From Bacillota bacterium (lineage in GTDB: Bacteria > Bacillota > Dehalobacteriia > UBA4068): 40,422 nucleotides of DNA. The translations under genes were made by a program, and so were the position numbers. The stretch lies in assembly GCA_017531315.1 (NCBI GenBank), contig JAFXLH010000100.1, forward strand, positions 1 through 40,422. Direction: 5' to 3'. Shown in pieces: positions 35,592-40,422 of the stretch. Within the stretch, counting starts at the first letter, position 1, and every line of letters begins with the position of its first letter. The notes below the pieces were generated by a model. The model was not told where the DNA came from and did no database searches. It saw only the letters and a list, made by a program, of their open reading frames with translations.

Positions 35592-37071
35592 CGATATGCC
35601 CCCTTCCCGGCCGCTGTCCGGCCCGCATCCGCCGCCTGTTCCAGCTTAACCGCTGCGGCCGCCACTGCAGCATCCAGCGCGGAAAGCGCACGAAAGTATC
35701 CGGCAGAGTGAGCGTATCCAGCGGAGCGATGGGGCTGAGATAAGGCACGCCGAAGGATTGCAGATAGCAGAGATAAAATAGCATAAACAGGCTGCCCATC
35801 AGCATCCCCAGCAGGCCAAACCACCAACCCAGCAGCAAAAAGAGGATACGCAGCAGCGTCACCGCATCAATATACTGCGTGGATACATAAGAGGCGGTGA
35901 CGGTAAGCGCCTGCACGATCAGCACCGGCGCAGAGATAATGCCGGCATTGACCGCCGCATCGCCCATGATGATGGCGCCGACGATGCCGATAGCCTGCCC
36001 GGCCGGCTTGGGCAGACGCACCCCGGCTTCACGCAGTATCTCGTAGATAGCGGTGATTATCAGCATCGACAGGCCCACCGAATAGGGCGTGTTTATCTCT
36101 GATGCCGCTACCGAGAGCAGCATTTTTACCGGTATCAGCTGCTGATGGTAGCTGACTACCGCCGTGTAAAAGCCGGGCAGAAAAATGCTCAGTATCAGCG
36201 AGATGGTACGCACCAGCCGCGCCCAGCTGGCGGAGTAAAAGCGGGTGTAATTGTCTTCGGCGCTGTGCAGGCCTTCGATGAACAGCATCGGCAGCGTCAG
36301 CGCGATCGGCGAGCCGTCTACCAGCACCACGATGCGCCCGTCCAGCATTTTCCCGGCGGCAATATCCGGCTTTTCCGTAATGCCGATGGTGGGAAAAAGC
36401 GAATACGGTGCATCCTCTATCAGCTGCTCGATATAACCGGAATCCAGCACCGCATCAATGTCTATCTGCTCCAGCCGCTGCCGCAGCAGGCTCAGCGCCC
36501 GGCGGTCAACGATGCTGGATACGTACATAATGGCGATATCGGTACGGCTGTAACGGCCGATATTCATCTCTTCCACGATCAGGTCGGGGTGATGCAGGCG
36601 GCGGCGTACCATCGATACATTGATACGCAGCGCTTCCACAAAGCCTTCGCGCGAGCCGCGTATCACCACATCGGTGCTGGGCTCGTTGACGCTGCGCATC
36701 TGCCAGCCGATCGCTTCGACGATGATGGCCTCACGGTTGCCGTCCACAAACAGCGCCGTCAACCCCTGCAGCACCATATCGACGATAAAGCGCAGATCAC
36801 CGCTCAGCTGTATTTCGCCCAGTCGCAGCGTATCTTCCATCAGCTCCTGCACGCTGTAGAACTTCTGCGGCGGCAGATCGAGCAGCGGCGCAAAGAAGTC
36901 ACGCCCCAGCAGCTCCTTGTTGGCCAGGCCGTCGATAAAAAAGGCGGCAGCGCGCTGGCCGTTGCCTAAGTTGAATTCGCGTATCACCACATCCATGCCC
37001 GGCGGCATGATATCCCGCAGTTGCTGCAGCTGCTTATCCAGCGCAGCGGGCAGCTTTTTGGCAAACGGCAT
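35584..37071 (-). CDS. Spore germination protein, GerAA/GerKA-type (A subunit)
   Basis: Soluble N-terminal domain plus C-terminal TM domain, with conserved DSGYIEQLIED and TEKPD motifs. ATG 37071 (MPFAKKLP...) is preceded by GGAGGTG. The ORF-track start at 37212 would overlap the upstream gene. Confidence 0.88.
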   Translation of the reverse strand: MPFAKKLPAALDKQLQQLRDIMPPGMDVVIREFNLGNGQRAAAFFIDGLANKELLGRDFFAPLLDLPPQKFYSVQELMEDTLRLGEIQLSGDLRFIVDMVLQGLTALFVDGNREAIIVEAIGWQMRSVNEPSTDVVIRGSREGFVEALRINVSMVRRRLHHPDLIVEEMNIGRYSRTDIAIMYVSSIVDRRALSLLRQRLEQIDIDAVLDSGYIEQLIEDAPYSLFPTIGITEKPDIAAGKMLDGRIVVLVDGSPIALTLPMLFIEGLHSAEDNYTRFYSASWARLVRTISLILSIFLPGFYTAVVSYHQQLIPVKMLLSVAASEINTPYSVGLSMLIITAIYEILREAGVRLPKPAGQAIGIVGAIIMGDAAVNAGIISAPVLIVQALTVTASYVSTQYIDAVTLLRILFLLLGWWFGLLGMLMGSLFMLFYLCYLQSFGVPYLSPIAPLDTLTLPDTFVRFPRWMLQWRPQRLSWNRRRMRAGQRPGRGHIDA

Positions 37072-37098
37072 AAGCACCTCCGCAACCGTTATTGCCCT

Positions 37099-37128
37099 CA
37101 TCTTGCCCGCTTTACCGCTCATATATAC
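37099..37128 (-). promoter_or_regulatory. Candidate sigma-G-type promoter of the germinant receptor operon
   Basis: Minus strand reads GTATA-18 nt-CAAGATG. The -35 matches perfectly and the -10 matches 5/7 against CATXHTA. Confidence 0.3.
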
Positions 37129-37130
37129 CA

Positions 37131-37156
37131 AAAGACGAGCCAAACGGCCCGTCTTT
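37131..37156 (-). terminator. Terminator-like hairpin after the unknown membrane protein gene
   Basis: Minus strand reads AAAGACGGGCC-gttt-GGCTCGTCTTT followed by TGGTATAT. The trailing U-tract is short. Confidence 0.5.
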
Positions 37157-37162
37157 GTTGTC

Positions 37163-37882
37163 TTATGCAAAAAACAGATAATGTAATTTATCGAAGCACA
37201 GCCCCAGCGCAAGCAGCATGGTGTAGAGGCTGCACAGCCAGTCTATCTTATGATGCAGCTCGATCAGCGCGATATCGTTCCACTCGGCAAAGGGCTGCTC
37301 CATCAGGCTGCGGCAGCGTTTGAAATAATCCCAAATGGGAAAGATTATTGCCAGCGTAAACAGCGCCGCCGGCGGCAAAACGCCGCAGATCACGGTGATA
37401 AGCAGCACAATGTAGGCATCGGCAATGCATTCCAGCTGCGCCCAGAAGACCCAGCTGCTCTTGGGCGCATTGGCGAGGAAGAATCGCGGCAGGGTGATCA
37501 TGTTCTCTTCCACATCCGGATGGATGCGCGCCAGATCAGAGGCATAGTAGCAGCCGGCCTGGAAGAACATCAGGCTCACCCCTGCCCAAAGCGGCGGCCA
37601 GGCAAAGCTGCCGGTGGAAGCCACGTAAGCCACGGTGGAATTGACCGGCCCCAGCAGCACCGCCGAGCAGAACAGCTGCACGATCGGCACCATACGCTGC
37701 GGCGCTACGGCGGCGGCACGGCCAAAAGCGGTGGCCAGCACAAAGACCAGCAGGCGGTCCAGCACCAGCAACACTATCGGCACGCCAAACATGGCGATGG
37801 CACCACGCGACCAGATGATATCACCGCTGATATCGGCCAGCAAAACGCCGATCAGCGTAGAATAAAAAGCAATGCGTATCAC
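37163..37882 (-). CDS. Hypothetical polytopic membrane protein (about 7 TM helices), family not recognised
   Basis: 239 aa from GTG 37882, which lies 7 nt after AAAGGAG. Strongly hydrophobic segments run throughout. I recognised no catalytic motif. Confidence 0.6.
   Translation of the reverse strand: MIRIAFYSTLIGVLLADISGDIIWSRGAIAMFGVPIVLLVLDRLLVFVLATAFGRAAAVAPQRMVPIVQLFCSAVLLGPVNSTVAYVASTGSFAWPPLWAGVSLMFFQAGCYYASDLARIHPDVEENMITLPRFFLANAPKSSWVFWAQLECIADAYIVLLITVICGVLPPAALFTLAIIFPIWDYFKRCRSLMEQPFAEWNDIALIELHHKIDWLCSLYTMLLALGLCFDKLHYLFFA
37577..37588 (-). repeat. Polar motif copy tGGGCAGGGGtg
   Basis: Core 8/8 and 9/12 overall, inside the unknown membrane protein gene. Confidence 0.8.
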
Positions 37883-37960
37883 GGCATAGCTCCTTTCCGC
37901 AATCTTATACAGCCATATTCTAACATATTGCGCCAAATGCGGCAAGATAGCAGCAAAAAC

Positions 37961-37989
37961 TTGACAAAAACGCAGGAAAACACTATGAT
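37961..37989 (+). promoter_or_regulatory. Sigma-A promoter of tyrS (no T-box leader)
   Basis: TTGACA-17 nt-TATGAT, about 45 nt upstream of the tyrS ATG. Confidence 0.7.
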
Positions 37990-38034
37990 AGTAGAGATAT
38001 GGAGTACAACCCAGGAAAGAGAGGATCACGATAA

Positions 38035-39270
38035 ATGACCAACGTATTTGATATTTTACAGGAACGCGGCTTTATTGAACAGTCTACCAATATGGAAGAA
38101 GTGCGCGAACTGCTGAGCAAGCCGCCGGTAACCTTCTACATCGGCTTCGACCCCACCGCCGACAGCCTGCATGTAGGCCATTTCATTCAGGTTATGGTAA
38201 TGATGCATATGCAGCGCGCCGGCCATCGCCCCATCGCCCTGATCGGCGGCGGTACCACCATGGTAGGCGACCCCTCCGGCCGTACTGATATGCGTAAAAT
38301 GCTGACCGTTGAACAGATTCAGGCCAATGCCGATAAGTTCAAGAAGCAGTTTGAACGTTTCATCACCTTCGACGAAGAAAACGGCGGCGCCATCATGGTA
38401 AACAATGCCGACTGGCTGCTGCCCATCAACTACATCGAATTCCTGCGCGATTACGGCCGTCATTTCTCCGTAAACCGCATGCTGACCGCCGAATGCTACA
38501 AATCCCGTCTGGAACGCGGTCTCACCTTCCTCGAATTCAACTATATGCTGATGCAGAGCTACGACTTCCTGGAACTGTTCCGCCGCTATGGCACGATGCT
38601 GCAGATGGGCGGCAATGACCAGTGGTCCAATATCCTTTCCGGCGCGGATCTGATCCGCCGCGTGGAAGGCGCTCCCGCTCATGCCCTCACCTTCTCCCTG
38701 CTCACCAACTCCGCCGGCAAGAAGATGGGCAAGACCGAAGCCGGCGCCGTCTGGCTCGACCCGGAAAAGACCTCTCCCTACGACTTCTACCAGTACTGGC
38801 GCAACATTGATGACGCCGACGTGAAGAAGTGCCTGTCCCTGCTGACCTTCATCCCCATGGACGAAGTCAATGCCATGACCGACATGGAAGCCGGCGCCAA
38901 CATCAATGATGCCAAGCGCAGACTGGCTTGGGAGATCACCGCGCTCGTCCACGGCAAGGATGAGGCTGACAAAGCCGAAGCAGCTGCCAAGGCTCTGTTT
39001 GGCGGCGGCGGCGACCTCGCCAATATGCCCACCACCACCATTTCTGCCGAACAGTTTGGCGAAGGTATGGATGTTATCTCCCTGTTCATGGCCTGCGAGC
39101 TGGTCAAGACCCGCAGCGAAGGCCGTCGCCTGATTCAGGAAGGCGGCTGCTATGTGAACAATGAACGCATCACCGACTTCAACCAGGTCATCGATGCCAC
39201 TGCTTTTGCCGAAGGCCATGCGCTGCTGCGTAAGGGCAAAAAGGTCTATCACAAGGCCGTCATCGGCTAA
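38035..39270 (+). CDS. tyrS: Tyrosine--tRNA ligase
   Basis: 411 aa with DSLHVGH (HIGH), KMGKT (KMSKS) and a C-terminal S4 domain. Confidence 0.97.
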   Translation: MTNVFDILQERGFIEQSTNMEEVRELLSKPPVTFYIGFDPTADSLHVGHFIQVMVMMHMQRAGHRPIALIGGGTTMVGDPSGRTDMRKMLTVEQIQANADKFKKQFERFITFDEENGGAIMVNNADWLLPINYIEFLRDYGRHFSVNRMLTAECYKSRLERGLTFLEFNYMLMQSYDFLELFRRYGTMLQMGGNDQWSNILSGADLIRRVEGAPAHALTFSLLTNSAGKKMGKTEAGAVWLDPEKTSPYDFYQYWRNIDDADVKKCLSLLTFIPMDEVNAMTDMEAGANINDAKRRLAWEITALVHGKDEADKAEAAAKALFGGGGDLANMPTTTISAEQFGEGMDVISLFMACELVKTRSEGRRLIQEGGCYVNNERITDFNQVIDATAFAEGHALLRKGKKVYHKAVIG

Positions 39271-39284
39271 ACCGGATAAGCTAT

Positions 39285-39307
39285 GGGGGCGTGCAAACGC
39301 CCCTTTT
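39285..39307 (+). terminator. Intrinsic terminator after tyrS
   Basis: GGGGCG-tgcaaa-CGCCCC followed by TTTTGCTGATTTTT. Confidence 0.8.
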
Positions 39308-39338
39308 GCTGATTTTTGCACTCTAATGAGGAAAATAT

Positions 39339-40422
39339 ATGAAAAAAACTCTCGTTTCCGCGCTGGTTTTCATACTGGTACTGGTTGGTGTAATGCTGCC
39401 GTGGAGCGATATATTAGGCGAAAAGAAGGCCGATAATACCGAGCTGCTGCTGTGCTTCGAAAATATGCCGCCGCTGCCGGAAATGCCGCGTTACACTACC
39501 CTGCTGGCGGTGGGCGATAACCTGATCCACAGCACGGTCATCCGCGAGGGCCGACTGGCCAACGGCGGCTATGACTTCAACTGCCTCTATCAGCACATCT
39601 CTCCTTATATCAGTGCCGCCGATATCGCCTATGTGAACCACGAATCGCCGATGAGCAACAATATCCCCGCCACCGGCTACCCCAAGTTCAATACGCCGCA
39701 GGAAAACGGTGATGCGCTGCGCGCCGCCGGTTTCGATATCGTCAACCTTGCCAACAACCACGCCATGGACAGCGGCACCGACGCCCTGCTGGATACCATC
39801 GCCTACTGGCAGCAATTCCCGGAGATCGCCCTGATCGGCGTGGCGGATTCGGAAGCCGCGGCGCAGATCAAAGTTACCGAGCATGACGATTTCAGCATCG
39901 CCTGGCTCAGCTACACCTATGGCAGCAACTACTGGATCCCCAATGAGTGGCTGGTATCCAAGTATGACGCCGATGCCGCCAAGGCTGATATCGCCGCCGC
40001 CAAAGAGCTGGCGGATATCGTCATCGTATCCATGCACTGGGGCACGGAATACCAGACCAAGGAAGGCGCACGCCAGCGTGAGCAGGCGCAGTATCTGGCC
40101 GATCTGGGCGCAGACCTGATCATCGGCCATCACCCGCACGTGATCCAGCCCGCCGAATGGCTGACCGGTGCGGATGGCAATCAGACCTACTGCATCTACT
40201 CGCTGGGCAACTTCATCTCTTCCCAGCACATTGACGAAACGATGCTGGGCGGTATGCTATCCGTCACCTTTGAGGCGGACGGCGAAGATGTACGTATTGC
40301 CGAAGCCGGCCTCATCCCCATCCTCACTCACTACGAGCGCGGTCTCTACGGCTACCGCACCTATCTGCTCAAAGATTATACGGAAGAGCTGGCCAACCGC
40401 CACGGCATCATCGCCTATGAGC
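39339..40422 (+). CDS. CapA/PGA_cap-family metallophosphatase-like protein (3' end outside the window)
   Basis: Not in the ORF track because it has no stop in the window. My own translation from ATG 39339 (RBS GAGGA) gives MKKTLVSALVFILVLVGV... and AVGDNLIH, NLANNHAMD, MHWGTEYQ, GHHPHVIQP and SLGNFIS motifs. The frame is open to nt 40422. Confidence 0.8.
   Translation, partial: MKKTLVSALVFILVLVGVMLPWSDILGEKKADNTELLLCFENMPPLPEMPRYTTLLAVGDNLIHSTVIREGRLANGGYDFNCLYQHISPYISAADIAYVNHESPMSNNIPATGYPKFNTPQENGDALRAAGFDIVNLANNHAMDSGTDALLDTIAYWQQFPEIALIGVADSEAAAQIKVTEHDDFSIAWLSYTYGSNYWIPNEWLVSKYDADAAKADIAAAKELADIVIVSMHWGTEYQTKEGARQREQAQYLADLGADLIIGHHPHVIQPAEWLTGADGNQTYCIYSLGNFISSQHIDETMLGGMLSVTFEADGEDVRIAEAGLIPILTHYERGLYGYRTYLLKDYTEELANRHGIIAYE

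Overview
This is a 40.4-kb stretch of chromosomal backbone from a GC-rich, endospore-forming Firmicute. It looks Clostridia-like: sigG, spoIIR, a GerA-type germinant receptor operon, YlmC/YmxH, rubredoxin and an SLH-anchored enzyme are all present. I count 38 protein-coding genes. Two are cut by the window edges and one (mutL) is apparently frameshifted. Gene order, with strand: recJ (partial), miaB (+); LysM SOS gene (-) divergent from lexA (+); ynbB-like, hfq, miaA, mutL, mutS, minC (-); ttcA-like and DUF523 (+); membrane phosphoesterase, psd, rubredoxin, rsmA, yabE-like, tatD, metG, ileS with T-box leader, yggT, sepF, yggS, HlyD-like, nrdR (-); ylmC (+); SLH 5'-nucleotidase, spoIIR, sigG, pit, hisA-like, gerAB/gerAC/gerAA-type, unknown membrane protein (-); tyrS, capA-like (partial) (+). 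I saw no rRNA, tRNA, CRISPR, transposase, integrase or recognisable defence genes, so this is core genome rather than an accessory island. Main observations: (1) A textbook 28-bp Xer dif site lies at 2759-2786 in a 360-bp gene-free gap, which would make this the replication terminus. (2) A G-rich 10-12-mer, GGGGCAGGGGAG (core GGGCAGGG, matching the E. coli KOPS pattern GGGNAGGG), occurs 9 times. Every copy points toward that dif site, and copies fall in intergenic DNA and in several genes and frames. It is a candidate FtsK/SpoIIIE-orienting or Chi-like polar sequence for this lineage. (3) mutL is split by a frameshift in its linker. (4) The whole 242-bp gap between ylmC and the 5'-nucleotidase gene is one nested imperfect palindrome. 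(5) A divergent hisA paralog is appended to the germinant-receptor operon. (6) A TtcA-like tRNA thiolase is translationally coupled to a DUF523/TudS-type desulfidase. All coordinates and motifs were read by eye from the sequence; no searches or statistics were run.
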